Virus record (IMG/VR): IMGVR_UViG_3300036781_000275
Coordinates: 9,324 to 73,323 of that record
From: a virus
Reading direction: 5' to 3' (one strand)
Length of the DNA: 64,000 nucleotides
Shown: positions 19,737-29,768 of the stretch, one piece after another
Layout of the letters: each line of letters starts with the position of its first letter
Position numbering within the stretch: position 1 is the first letter of the stretch
Notes under the pieces: model-generated
Databases searched by the model: none
What the model was told of the DNA's origin: nothing
The model's input: only the letters and a program-made list of their open reading frames with translations
Position numbers and translations under genes: made by a program

Positions 19737-19929
19737 ACCGTGTCTCCGTCTTCCGGTCGGGGGGAACGGGCGGCGTCAATGGCAGCAAGCAAACGATCTC
19801 TGACGCCATACCGCACTGGCCTTTCCATCGCCCAATCTCTCGTGTACGTGAGCGGATCACACGGGAAGCATTGACCCGCCTTACTCACCTGCTCATTTCC
19901 TCGGCCGCATTTGTCGCACGTTCCGATCA

Positions 19930-20448
19930 TCATACTTTCACTCTGACTGGCCCGATGAGCAGATCAAGGACGACATCAGCAACCGCGTAAAAGTCGGTGG
20001 GTCTCATGCTGACAAATTGCCGCTGAAGTTCCAACGCAATCGCATCACCGACCTGTTTTCTTGTTACCGTGGCGACATGGCTTGCTTCAAGCGCATGCAT
20101 GCTGACGTGATTCTTCGCGCCCATTGTCTGCGCAGCATCCACGAGCGCGCGAATGAAGGGCCGCAGATCATCGTCAAACGTTGCTTGGTAATCGTGGCGG
20201 CCGTTCTCGCGTAATTCTTGGTTGAGCACGTCGAGCAGCGAGGATTCGCGACTTTCCAGCACAACGCGCCGCTTCGTGTCTTCGCTTGGCTCCTCTCGCG
20301 GGACGCTGGCGGGGGTGGTGGCGCGCTTGACGAGTTCAGCAAGCGCACGCTCCTGCGACGGTAGCAATGACTTGTCTCGCCGTAGCGCCCATTCTCCATT
20401 GCGGACAATCGCCGCCAATTCATCGGCCTTCATTCTGTCGTCAATCAT
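19930..20448 (-). CDS. hypothetical protein
   Basis: Coupled ATGA overlaps. Confidence 0.5.
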   Translation of the reverse strand: MIDDRMKADELAAIVRNGEWALRRDKSLLPSQERALAELVKRATTPASVPREEPSEDTKRRVVLESRESSLLDVLNQELRENGRHDYQATFDDDLRPFIRALVDAAQTMGAKNHVSMHALEASHVATVTRKQVGDAIALELQRQFVSMRPTDFYAVADVVLDLLIGPVRVKV

Positions 20449-20648
20449 CGTGGCTCAGTAGGATCGGGTTTGACAAGCGCCTCTCCGCACCAATCGAAGG
20501 CCGTGGTCTTCGGCCAGTACGCTTCGACGTACGCCGGTTGAGGAGCGTAGCGATGGCATTTGCCCGTCGTGTGGCCAGTCTTCGGCTGTTCTTTCGTAGG
20601 GTCTTTCTCCCAGAAACAGCAATTGGCGCACCGCACTTTTTCGGTCAT
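20445..20648 (-). CDS. small Cys-rich protein
   Basis: CANC.FW...GKCHRYAP...WP.T...DWCGE. Confidence 0.6.
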   Translation of the reverse strand: MTEKVRCANCCFWEKDPTKEQPKTGHTTGKCHRYAPQPAYVEAYWPKTTAFDWCGEALVKPDPTEPR

Positions 20649-20818
20649 TCCGGCTTCTCCTGCGCTGAATGCCGCCGCATGATTTCTCGCAGATCACCCT
20701 GCAAGCGCCGACCATGACATTGACGGCAAATGGCCTTGTTCGGCGATCCGCTCTCTCTGTCAGGGACTTCCTTGGGATTCTTGCCGCACAACTTGCACGG
20801 CTTGGTGGGTTTGGTCAT
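20645..20818 (-). CDS. small Zn-finger-like protein (57 aa, not in ORF track)
   Basis: MTKPTKPCKLCGK...ICRQCH...EKPE; SD and ATGA overlaps at both ends. Confidence 0.5.
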   Translation of the reverse strand: MTKPTKPCKLCGKNPKEVPDRESGSPNKAICRQCHGRRLQGDLREIMRRHSAQEKPE

Positions 20819-21115
20819 TCCGGCTTCTCCGGGGTGGCCGAACTTGGATAGGGCGTTGCAGCAGCGACATGCAAACGATGCAATGCGTTCTTGAATGCAG
20901 TCATCGGCAGACCGTTCTGCTCGCTCTCCATGATCGGCAGGAAATACGAGGCGGCGGCAAGCTGCTTGAAAATGTCCCCCAGTTCAGACCGAGGAATCAG
21001 CAGCGCCGAGACGTCCGCGCAACAGTCATCACACGTACACCGGAGATGGCCCTCGTCGTCGTTGGGCGGATTCACGGCGAGTTCTTCGCGCAGCACCTTC
21101 GCAATCGTGCTCACG

Positions 21116-21826
21116 TTATTTGGTCTCCGGGGTGGCGGCAAAGAGAGCGAGGACGTCATCACGACGCAGCCATTCTGTATCGTCAGCGCCAATGTCTGCT
21201 GGCAACGCTTCTACCTGCTCTCGCGTGACTCCGTCCACTCGGGGGGCGGCGGTCCGAAGTGGCATGTGCAGCGTTTCGCTATCGACCGCCACGTTCGCTT
21301 GTTCACGCGCGACGATTGGCGCTACCTGCTTCACGGCTTGCTCGATCATGTCATCAACGCCCCACGGTTTCTCCGGCGCTCGCGGCCCCTCTACGGGGAG
21401 GACGGCGGCTGGTTGTCGGCGGCGAATTGAAACAACAAAGCGCAGAGGGTCGCTCCGATCTTCAACGAGCTGCGATTCTGAGGGCAGCAGTCCAGTCTCA
21501 GCGACCCATGCTTGCACGTACTTTTCGCGTGCGCCAAGAATGGCCGTGGTGACCCTCATCGCCTCGGCTTCGATTTCCCCCTGCGTCAGTGCAATACGCT
21601 GTGCTACCTGTTCTGCGTCCCATTGGGCGTCGGGGATCGGATCAACAGCATCACGATCAAGCACGACACACTTCGCCACACTGCCAGTGCCAAGCCTCGC
21701 GGCATAATGGAGCGCGCTTTCGTTCGAATCACAGAGCGCGGCAAACCCTTGGTCAATAACGCACCACTGTTCGTCGCACAGCACCGCCCTGTGCGGCACT
21801 CTGATCGGGGGAGGACTGGCCGTCAT
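21116..21826 (-). CDS. hypothetical protein
   Basis: GGAG SD, 236 aa. Confidence 0.55.
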   Translation of the reverse strand: MTASPPPIRVPHRAVLCDEQWCVIDQGFAALCDSNESALHYAARLGTGSVAKCVVLDRDAVDPIPDAQWDAEQVAQRIALTQGEIEAEAMRVTTAILGAREKYVQAWVAETGLLPSESQLVEDRSDPLRFVVSIRRRQPAAVLPVEGPRAPEKPWGVDDMIEQAVKQVAPIVAREQANVAVDSETLHMPLRTAAPRVDGVTREQVEALPADIGADDTEWLRRDDVLALFAATPETK

Positions 21827-22201
21827 ATCGTGATCTCCAAGTCCAGCGTTTTACGTGACGGTTTGCGGTTAATCGTCCGCTGGTCGTCGGCAAACGCCTT
21901 TGCGATCTTCGCGGATTTCGCCAATGCGGCGGCGAGTTCTTTCTCGCGCCCCGTCCAGTCGATGAACGTGATCTGGGGAGGACTCATGGGAGAGGTCATC
22001 GGTCGATGATTTGCAAGAGAGTGATTTGCTTCTCGGGGCCACAGTGTTCTGTCTGCGCCTTCGCCTCATCCAGCGTCCAACGCCCAGCACTATCAAGGGC
22101 AGCCGAATAGCCCGCGGCATTCTTACGCCAAAATCGTCCGTGCTCACTGCTCCAAATCACAATCTTCGGTATGGCGGGGGCTGGCGTGGAGGGGGAGTCA
22201 G

Positions 22202-22573
22202 TCATCTTTTCCTCACGGTGTCGATCGGGATCACGTACACTTCGACCGCGTGCACGGGGAGCTGCGCGGCCGGCACGTGATAGTCGCCGTGGTTCCACTT
22301 GGCCACCTCGCTCGATGCGCGCCGCTGCGTGAGTAGATTACTCGTCATCTCGCCGCGTGCGTTCACGAGCACATACGCGTTCGCCAGCGGCACCGGGTCG
22401 ATCGGCGTCGCCGGCGCTGCTCGCGGTAGATGCCAGCCAGAGATCGCCAACGCGCTCAGCACCATCACGAGCGCGATTACCGTCTTCAGGGCGAACCAGT
22501 ACGCGACGTCGCGCGTCTCGGCGCGTTTGCTTGCTCGGATCTCGCCTGTTGTCATTCTTCGCGCCCACGTCAT
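22202..22573 (-). CDS. putative membrane protein
   Basis: One hydrophobic helix, GAGG SD. Confidence 0.5.
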   Translation of the reverse strand: MTWARRMTTGEIRASKRAETRDVAYWFALKTVIALVMVLSALAISGWHLPRAAPATPIDPVPLANAYVLVNARGEMTSNLLTQRRASSEVAKWNHGDYHVPAAQLPVHAVEVYVIPIDTVRKR

Positions 22574-23551
22574 GCCTCACCTCGCTTGAGTGCGACCACA
22601 TACGCGTCGAATTCCTTGCTGATCTGATCCATCCACTGGAGATCGAAGTCGGTGGGCTCGGTGCCCGCATCCACGCCGCCCACGAGCATCGAGAACATGG
22701 TCAGCGCGCCTGTGTAGAACGCGCGGCGCATTTCAGTTTGTTGCCCGATCGGTGCGCGCGCTAACTGAATCGCTTGGAAGAAATCGTCCCATTGCTCGCG
22801 CACCGTGGTGCGTTCGCGTGGCGGGATGCCTTCGACGGGTTGTTGGCTCACAGCCCGGCTCCCTGTTCGATGCCGCGCACGATCCAGTATTCGCGCAACG
22901 CTTCGCCCGTCAGATGCCGCGACGGATCCTGCGGCGTCCAGTCTTCCGCGCGGTTGCGATACGTGCGGTCTTCGCGCGCCGGCCGAGTCGCCAGTACCCA
23001 CCGTGCGCCCAGCGCGATATACGCGAGCAGGAGCGCCCACGCCACCACATGCGCGGTCATCGTAGCCCCCGCTCGATTTGGGCCGTGTTGAGGGCACGCT
23101 GACTCTCCGCGGCCCAGTCGATGCCGTGCTCCTCCGCGAAATGCGCACAGTCGGCCAGCAGCGCACGGAACGGCTCCAGCTCGTCCGGGGTGTCACGCGG
23201 TCGCTCGATGAGCCCGCGCACCCGTCGCACCGCGGCGTCGGTGCGCGCCGCGATGCGTTGCCGCGCCCGGAACACCGACGCGTGCGTCATCAGCACGCGT
23301 CTCACCGGCCGAGCGCCTTCACGGCTTCACGGTGCGCCTGTCGCATCGTGTTCGAGCGGTCCGCGAGCTTCTTGACGATCGCGTCCAGCTCGCGCGCTAA
23401 CTGCTCCTCTGGCCAGTTCAGCGCCTTGTTCAGGTTGCAGCACGTGCACGTCTCCACGCGCCGGTCGAGCGTCGCGATGACCTGCTCCACCAGTTCGGCG
23501 GCCGTGTTCAGCTTGCCGGCGTTGACGCTGGCGACTCCAATGGCGCTCATG

Positions 23552-23887
23552 TTACGAACCCTCCAGTTCGGCCAGTTTGTTTTTGATCTCGTCGACGTTG
23601 ACGCCTGCCTCGATCTCCGGTTCTTCCTCGGCCGAGTCCGCGGCATCGCTCAGAATTTCCGCGGCGCGCTCGATGGCCTGCCCGTTGTCGCCCTGCTGCA
23701 ACCCCTCGCTCATGTTGTTAAACTTTTCCTGCTCGGCGTCAGCGAGATCCCGCAACGCGCCGCCGCATTCGTCCTTGATGCGCTCGTTGACCGTTTCGAT
23801 CTGCTCGACGAGCTTCGCGCGCGCCGCGGCTAGCTCGGTCAGCTTGCCTACGATGTCTTCCACCTGCTTCCGGTCTGCCTGATTCAT
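23552..23887 (-). CDS. conserved acidic coiled-coil phage protein
   Basis: EQEKFNNMSEGLQQGDNGQAIE motif; variant conserved leader upstream. Confidence 0.65.
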   Translation of the reverse strand: MNQADRKQVEDIVGKLTELAAARAKLVEQIETVNERIKDECGGALRDLADAEQEKFNNMSEGLQQGDNGQAIERAAEILSDAADSAEEEPEIEAGVNVDEIKNKLAELEGS

Positions 23888-24148
23888 GGTCGTTGACTCC
23901 TCGTTGTGAGTGTGTGGGTTACATCACGCAGTTGATGCACAGCTCGTCGTCTTTGTAGCTCAGATCTCCGCCGCACTTTGTGCAGAGGCGGCCCATTTCG
24001 TCGGCAATCTCCGTTAGTGCTTGCGCGCAGAATCTGAGATCGGCCCGGCACCCTGTGCTCGCATCGGCGTCGCTCGCTTCACCGACACTGAGCTGGTGCA
24101 TGACGCCCTCAATCCGGCCGGCCCAGTTCTGGCGCTTGTTGTTCCCGT

Positions 24149-24388
24149 TCATGATCGCGCCGCCTTGCGCGCCGCGGCGCGCTGTTTCCGTTCACTGGTC
24201 TTGCGTCGCTTCTCGGCGTAGATGTGCAGCCGCACCGCTTCGAGCAGCGCCTGCCCGTACGGGAGCAAGTACGCCGTACGCCGACCGCGCTCGCGCAACC
24301 AGATGCCTTCCGGGGCCATCGCGACCACAAGTGGCGTGTGCGCGAGCGTGAGGACCTTCCGCTTCACGGGCTTCGTGATGTCGATCAT
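24149..24388 (-). CDS. hypothetical protein
   Basis: MIDITKPVKRK...; overlaps neighbours. Confidence 0.5.
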   Translation of the reverse strand: MIDITKPVKRKVLTLAHTPLVVAMAPEGIWLRERGRRTAYLLPYGQALLEAVRLHIYAEKRRKTSERKQRAAARKAARS

Positions 24389-24635
24389 CGCGCGCCCGCC
24401 CCAGTCATTTCTCCGGCGAAAGCGAACCATTCGTTGACAACAGCGGCCGTCGCTGGCTCGCTTGCATCGTATTCGGCGACCGCCGCAAACACCATGTCGT
24501 TGAGTGCGCGCATGACGCGTGCGCATGACACCGGGTTCGCTTCGTTGCTGGTCCGCGCAAAGTGCGCGTCGAACTGTGCTCTGGTCATCATTGACTCCGC
24601 GTTGGAAGTGTCAAGAGTGCTGCTCTGCCATAAGC

Positions 24636-24649
24636 CTAACGCCTGTTAG
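24636..24649. promoter_or_regulatory. palindromic operator in TTGACA-16-TAGGCT promoter
   Basis: CTAACGCCTGTTAG; leader motif at ~24590-24608. Confidence 0.8.
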
Positions 24650-25479
24650 CTCGGTGTCAAGTGCTCGGTTTCCGTCGCGCCGCCCAGAAATGACTCGTAC
24701 CCGTCCGCCGACTCCGCCGGCCGTTCCTGCTCGGTCAGGCATGCCGGGAGCGCTTCCCTGCGCCCGCACCACTGGCCGCCACTCCAGCGGAACCCAGCGG
24801 CCTTCAGGGCGTCCAAGGTCGCCCGCGCCGGCTTCTCGGCGAAAGTGACTGCGCAGTACTCCGCGCCGCCCGTGATCGTGAACCCGTTCGGCGCGTCTTC
24901 CGCGGCGGCCGTGCGCTGCTGGCGCGCCTTGACTTCCCCGATTCGCTGCTCGGCCGTCTTGATCTTCGCGAGACGGTTCGAGAGTCGCGCCCGCGGCACC
25001 GGCTGTTTTTCCCAGCTATACGCGTCCGCAATCTGCGCATCGATCCGCGCGGCCGTCACGTCGTTCATGCCCGGATACCCGACCATGGTCTTGTGTTTGC
25101 GCCACCACTGATTCAGCGCCTTGTCGCGCTCCTGTTCCGCGCGCAGCTCGACGACCTTCGCTTCGAGCTGCTCCACCGCGTCCGGGTCGTCGCTGAAGAT
25201 GGTGCGGTCCAATTGGTCCGACAGCCCGTGCGCCCGACCGCGGTGATGCGCGGCCAGCTTCTGCTGGGCCACCGCCTTGTCCATGTTGCTCGCCATGCGA
25301 TCGAGGTCGCGCCGGTGACGGCGCTCGGAGTGGTGACCCACGAGGATCGGCTGCCCGAGCGGGATCCCCGCGACCGCGCGGTGCGCTGCGTCGCTCGCGC
25401 GCTCTGAGCGCGCGTCAGCCTTCACGGCCCACTCCGCGCGTAGTGCCAGTTTCCTCTCCAGTCGCTCCCGTCGTGTCAT
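24646..25479 (-). CDS. DUF3560 domain protein
   Basis: IPLGQPILVGHHSERRHRR, ISDDPDA-like motif, LK..GFRWS. Confidence 0.85.
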   Translation of the reverse strand: MTRRERLERKLALRAEWAVKADARSERASDAAHRAVAGIPLGQPILVGHHSERRHRRDLDRMASNMDKAVAQQKLAAHHRGRAHGLSDQLDRTIFSDDPDAVEQLEAKVVELRAEQERDKALNQWWRKHKTMVGYPGMNDVTAARIDAQIADAYSWEKQPVPRARLSNRLAKIKTAEQRIGEVKARQQRTAAAEDAPNGFTITGGAEYCAVTFAEKPARATLDALKAAGFRWSGGQWCGRREALPACLTEQERPAESADGYESFLGGATETEHLTPS

Positions 25480-25945
25480 TGCTCGTTTTCTCCAGTAGTG
25501 AAAAGTTGACCGATGCTTCAGGCGTACCGCTCGTCGAGATTCGACGCGCGCTCGGCGTCATCGGGATTGCGCGCACTGATCCATTCCCGGCATTGCTGGC
25601 ACGTGCCGTACCCGTGGTCGCGGCCGGGGTTGTGCGGCCTCGCATCGGCGAAGCGATGGCCGCAACAGCAACAGGAGTACGTCACGCCCGGTTTCTCCAG
25701 TCGGTGGCGGGGGTGAGCGTGGCGACGAAATCGCGCCACGCCGTGCGGTATTCGTCCTGTTCGATCGCCAACTCGTGCGCCACTTCGACCGGCCAGTGTC
25801 GCGGCCACGGCCCGTACAGCGCGGCGAGCGCGTGCCCGATGAAAAATTGTCGACACCCCGTGACTTCGCGCTCGCCGCGCCATGTGAATTCCGAAGTGAA
25901 CAGCAGCGCCGACGACAGTGCGCTTTGCATGTGCGTCGCTCCGGG

Positions 25946-26428
25946 TTAGATGCGTTTCGCGCAGACTGGCCCGATGCCAGCCGCGACCGATTTCGCATCC
26001 TTCAGGAGCGCGCCGCAAACACAGCAGACTCCGTACTGGATCCCGAATGCTTTCGCCTGCTCCAGTGTCACGCGTTCCGTCGCGGTGAGCCGATAGATCG
26101 CGCCGGCCGCATAGCGGAATTCCCACTGCACGGTTTCGCCGTTCTCGGTGAGGCGGTCGCCGCCGATCGCGACGAGTTCCTTCGCGTAAAGGTTGCCGCT
26201 TTCCTTCGAGCGCTGGACCTTGAAAAGTCGCGCGTCCGCCGTGCGGTAAATGCCCGGCTCGGTCACTGGATCCGGCGCGGCTGGCGGAAGCGTCGCGAGT
26301 AAGCGCTCAATGATCGCGCTCGCATCGCGTTTCGTGAGCGGCTCGGCGGCCGTCACGGTGCCGCGTCCCTGTGCGACGAGTTTCCCGATGAAAGCGCGCT
26401 GGTTCGTGGTGGCGAGTTCGAATGTCAT
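25946..26428 (-). CDS. DUF6011 domain protein
   Basis: C-terminal CCVCG..L.D..S...GIGPVCA. Confidence 0.8.
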   Translation of the reverse strand: MTFELATTNQRAFIGKLVAQGRGTVTAAEPLTKRDASAIIERLLATLPPAAPDPVTEPGIYRTADARLFKVQRSKESGNLYAKELVAIGGDRLTENGETVQWEFRYAAGAIYRLTATERVTLEQAKAFGIQYGVCCVCGALLKDAKSVAAGIGPVCAKRI

Positions 26429-26485
26429 GGCCCTTTGTCTCCGCGTTGGAAGATGATTTGTTTAGCCCTGCCCGATGCCTCAAGC

Positions 26486-26499
26486 CTAACGGGTGTTAG
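26486..26499. promoter_or_regulatory. palindromic operator in TTGACA promoter (partial module copy 26465-26511)
   Basis: CTAACGGGTGTTAG plus CATCGGGCAGGG. Confidence 0.8.
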
Positions 26500-26528
26500 G
26501 TCGGTGTCAAGTGCCGTTGCGTGCTCGT

Positions 26529-26804
26529 TCAGTCTTGCGCGATTGCGCCCGGCGTATCTTGCGGGAATTCCACGGCGGTCGTCTCATCGATGCCGGCCGC
26601 GTTGAGCATATCCAGCGCGCGCCCCGCGTTCGCATTCTCGCATGCGCGCATGAGCCGGCGGCACAGTTTGCGCGTCGCCTTGTCCACGGTCGTGTCGATG
26701 GCGATCTCGCCGAAAAATGAACCGCAATCGTCGATCTCTTCCGCCGCGAGAAAAAGCCGCTGAAGTAGCGCGCTAATGCGTTCCTGCGCCGTTGCCGTTG
26801 CCAT
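26529..26804 (-). CDS. hypothetical protein flanked by promoter modules
   Basis: Conserved leader immediately upstream. Confidence 0.6.
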   Translation of the reverse strand: MATATAQERISALLQRLFLAAEEIDDCGSFFGEIAIDTTVDKATRKLCRRLMRACENANAGRALDMLNAAGIDETTAVEFPQDTPGAIAQD

Positions 26805-26834
26805 GGTCGTTGTCTCCGCATTGGAAGAGTGTTG

Positions 26835-26915
26835 GCCCTGCCCGATGAGGTAAAGCTAACAGGTGTTAGATGCCTGTCAAGGGCTTACGCAAAACCTTCA
26901 TTTTCACACAGTTAG
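26835..26915 (-). repeat. 81-bp promoter module copy B (palindrome 26856-26869)
   Basis: Aligns without gaps to copies A and C. Confidence 0.9.
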
Positions 26916-26920
26916 CCCCG

Positions 26921-27502
26921 CTACTCGCGCTCGCGCCGGCGGTAGGCCATTTCCTGCCTCACCATCCGGTCAGGCAATCGGAGACCGCGCGCCTGTGCGA
27001 CCGCACGTAGCTGCCGCTCCAGCGCCGGCATGACGATCGCGTTCGCGGCGTTGCGCACGCGTTTGTACACGTGGGCGTTTGGGATCCGCTGATCTTTCGT
27101 CATCCACTCTGGCCGCCACCGCTTGTTGCCGATGTGCATCGAGAGCGCCGCCGCCGCGGACACCGAGCGCCGCTTACCGGCCTCGCAATGCACCACGAGT
27201 CGCTTGGCGCGTCGATGCTGGAACGCGAACCGTGCGATCTCGTTCGCATCGATCACGCTGCACGCGTCGTCATGCTCGCCGTCGATGTCATCGAACTTCA
27301 GCCGCAACAGGTCGTGCCAGCCCTCGCAGAGCACTGGATCCGGCGCGCTCTTCGAGACGATCGAAATGATCACGTGATCTGCGCCCGGAATGAAGGTGCG
27401 CGCCTCGACCAGACCGCACGTGACGATCTCGGGGAACGGACGCGGCGCGTCCAAGAATTGTTGCAGCGCATGCGCGGCGTTCACGGCGTCTTTTTTGTTC
27501 AT
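26921..27502 (-). CDS. dual-specificity/tyrosine phosphatase-like protein
   Basis: VVHCEAGKRRS (CX5R), L.F.D, PN.HV motifs. Confidence 0.8.
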   Translation of the reverse strand: MNKKDAVNAAHALQQFLDAPRPFPEIVTCGLVEARTFIPGADHVIISIVSKSAPDPVLCEGWHDLLRLKFDDIDGEHDDACSVIDANEIARFAFQHRRAKRLVVHCEAGKRRSVSAAAALSMHIGNKRWRPEWMTKDQRIPNAHVYKRVRNAANAIVMPALERQLRAVAQARGLRLPDRMVRQEMAYRRRERE

Positions 27503-28008
27503 AGCTCGAACGGGAGAAACGGTTGAGTTTTCGACACGTATAGCGGGTGTCGCGGGTTGCCGCTCTTCGTGAGTCCCAAACAGTGCACGGCGCGATTCGC
27601 GTGGCCGTCGCGGATCAGCGCGCTGACCGCGCGGTGTCGATCCTTGAACGTGCCGAGATCGCCCCACGCGACGACGGTAATTGCCTGCTCGTTGTGAATG
27701 AACCGGAGCAAGTTGTCGTCATTCGCCGGCCCCACGGGATCGGGGTGGCCGTGCAAATACGTCGGGTCCGTCGAGCGCAGCGCGAACAGGTTGAGCATGA
27801 CGAGTCGCCGGCATTGCTCGCGAATCGCGAAGCCGACACACCGCCTGATCGTCGGATCGTCGACGTGGCCGTCCGCGGTGGACGGATTGAATCCGATCAC
27901 GACGAGTGTTGGGCCGGGCGCAAGGCGCAGATCGCGCCAGAGCTGATACCGATACCGCTTGCACGGCGACAGGAGCGCGCCGCTCCCGAAATACATGGAC
28001 GGTTTCAC
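27499..28008 (-). CDS. DUF1643 domain protein
   Basis: YRY.L.R, GFNPSTAD...DDPTIRRC, NLFA.R.TDP, AWG, PRHPLY. Confidence 0.9.
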   Translation of the reverse strand: MKPSMYFGSGALLSPCKRYRYQLWRDLRLAPGPTLVVIGFNPSTADGHVDDPTIRRCVGFAIREQCRRLVMLNLFALRSTDPTYLHGHPDPVGPANDDNLLRFIHNEQAITVVAWGDLGTFKDRHRAVSALIRDGHANRAVHCLGLTKSGNPRHPLYVSKTQPFLPFEL

Positions 28009-28448
28009 CGGGGCCGCGGCTCGCGCGTCGCGTTGAGATGATCCCTGACCAACGTATCGGGAATGTCGAAGAGCCCTTGCCTGCCCTTGTACGGGATCGG
28101 GTGCGTGAGCAACACGAAATGCGAGAACATCCACGCCCACCGATCGTCGTCGTAGTTGCCGAGTAACAGCTCGGTTGGGCTCAAGCTATCACGGATCGTT
28201 TCGACGCGAACGCAACCGTCGAGCTGCGCCAACGCGACGATCGCCCCCAGTGGCACCGTGTGTATGGTGAGCGGCGCGAGCAACTTCGCGATTTCTGGCC
28301 GTTCCGCGAACGCTCGCTCCTCGCGCTGGAATCGTTGCGCAGCGTGAATCGCAATGGCCCCGCGGTGCCGGGTGGACCAGTGCCGGGTCTCGTTGCGTTT
28401 GATCCCGATCAACGATGCCCACGGTTGCCAGAGCGAGATCGCTTTCAT
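28005..28448 (-). CDS. ASCH domain protein
   Basis: MKAISLWQPWASLI..K.NETR.W....RG..AIHAA, KG.QGLF. Confidence 0.85.
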   Translation of the reverse strand: MKAISLWQPWASLIGIKRNETRHWSTRHRGAIAIHAAQRFQREERAFAERPEIAKLLAPLTIHTVPLGAIVALAQLDGCVRVETIRDSLSPTELLLGNYDDDRWAWMFSHFVLLTHPIPYKGRQGLFDIPDTLVRDHLNATREPRPR

Positions 28449-28756
28449 CGCGCCGGCCGTTTCGGCGGCGAAGTGAAATGCTGGCTGTAGAAATTCTTCA
28501 GCTTCGGGTTAGCGCCGATCAATGCGTGCACGCGAGTGATCGCTTGCTCCACGTTGCCGATCTCCGTGAGCAACTGATTGATGTTGTTCACGCCGTCCAT
28601 TTCGTACGGGTTCCTTTTGCGCCAGCCGAACCGACTGATCTTCGAGCCGGCCACGATGACCTCAGCGCATTCTTCCATGAGCTGCGTCAGCGCACGCCGC
28701 TCCGGCTCACTCACATCGCGCGCGAGTTTCCGGCGCTTGAATTGTTCTTCACCCAT
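28445..28756 (-). CDS. MazG-like NTP pyrophosphatase-family protein
   Basis: LMEECAEVI...SKI.RFG...L..EIG. Confidence 0.65.
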   Translation of the reverse strand: MGEEQFKRRKLARDVSEPERRALTQLMEECAEVIVAGSKISRFGWRKRNPYEMDGVNNINQLLTEIGNVEQAITRVHALIGANPKLKNFYSQHFTSPPKRPAR

Positions 28757-29061
28757 TGCGCTTACCCCTTATCGTTGATTGCCGCGCCCGCGGCCGCCGT
28801 GAGAATCCCCTCGACGCGCTTCACAAACTTCGGTTCGATCTTCGCGCGATCATAGCGTCGGTTCCTCTGGGGGCAAAATGCTCGCGATGGCGCGAAACCG
28901 CGCTGGCGTGAATTTGACTCGTTGCACTTCGGTCCACCGTCCGTTGATCACGCGATGGTAGAGCTTGCCGCCCTGAAAGCCCCACTCGCCCGTGCCGTCG
29001 TGGTGCGGATCCCTGATCGTATATTCGCGCCGGATGTAGAACATGCGCGGCCGTAACGGGC

Positions 29062-29367
29062 TCACTCGTCGTCTCCGTCGAGTACCACGTGGAAAATCGC
29101 CGTGTAGCACGCATCGCAGTGAAACGCGCCTCGATCTTTCTTTTTCTTCCCACAGATCACGCACCGGCCGCGGCGCAGATATTTGAGCGCGAGCGTGCGT
29201 GATCTGTTTTGCGGCGCATCGACCGGTAGCATCGCCTCGTCCTTGAGCAGCTCCGGCATGGAACGCTGAAGGATCCCGCCATGGTTCGCGCCTTCGCACG
29301 CGCAGTGGCAGCGCTGACCCGTCGCGGCCTCGCAGCGCGCTGCCCAGCCCTTCGAGCATTCAGCCAC
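29062..29367 (-). CDS. Cys/His-rich Zn-binding protein
   Basis: C.AA....C.C.C.G.NHG and CVIC...CDAC. Confidence 0.55.
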   Translation of the reverse strand: MAECSKGWAARCEAATGQRCHCACEGANHGGILQRSMPELLKDEAMLPVDAPQNRSRTLALKYLRRGRCVICGKKKKDRGAFHCDACYTAIFHVVLDGDDE

Positions 29368-29737
29368 CGGCCGTGCGGCCGATCCCCACGGCGCGCGCCT
29401 TGCGGATCGGTACGCGCTTTTTCTTCGTGGCGCGTTTGCCCGTGGCGGCCGTCGTCTCCGGGTCGGCCTCACGAATCACGTAACAGCGGGTCTGCTCGTC
29501 GATCGATTCGGCGCGCGCGTACGTACCGTCATCGTGCTTGACCATGATCGCGTAGCCGCGCTTTTGCATGTCCTTCAGCATCTTGAGCGCGCGCTCAACG
29601 TCGACCTCGTTCTCGTCGCTGAACGTGACCTCGATGTCGCCCTCGCCCGTATTGAGCACGGACAGCATGCCCGTGATGCCGGCGGGCAACGGTTCGCTGA
29701 GATCTTCGGCGCTGTCTACGATCATGCTCGCGGTCAT
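29360..29737 (-). CDS. small protein with C-terminal Gly-Gly
   Basis: LSVLNTGEGDI.VTF...VERA...DMQKRGY.I.V; ends TAGG-stop. Confidence 0.6.
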   Translation of the reverse strand: MTASMIVDSAEDLSEPLPAGITGMLSVLNTGEGDIEVTFSDENEVDVERALKMLKDMQKRGYAIMVKHDDGTYARAESIDEQTRCYVIREADPETTAATGKRATKKKRVPIRKARAVGIGRTAGG

Positions 29738-29768
29738 TGCATCGCTCCGGTTAAATCGGGAATCGCGC

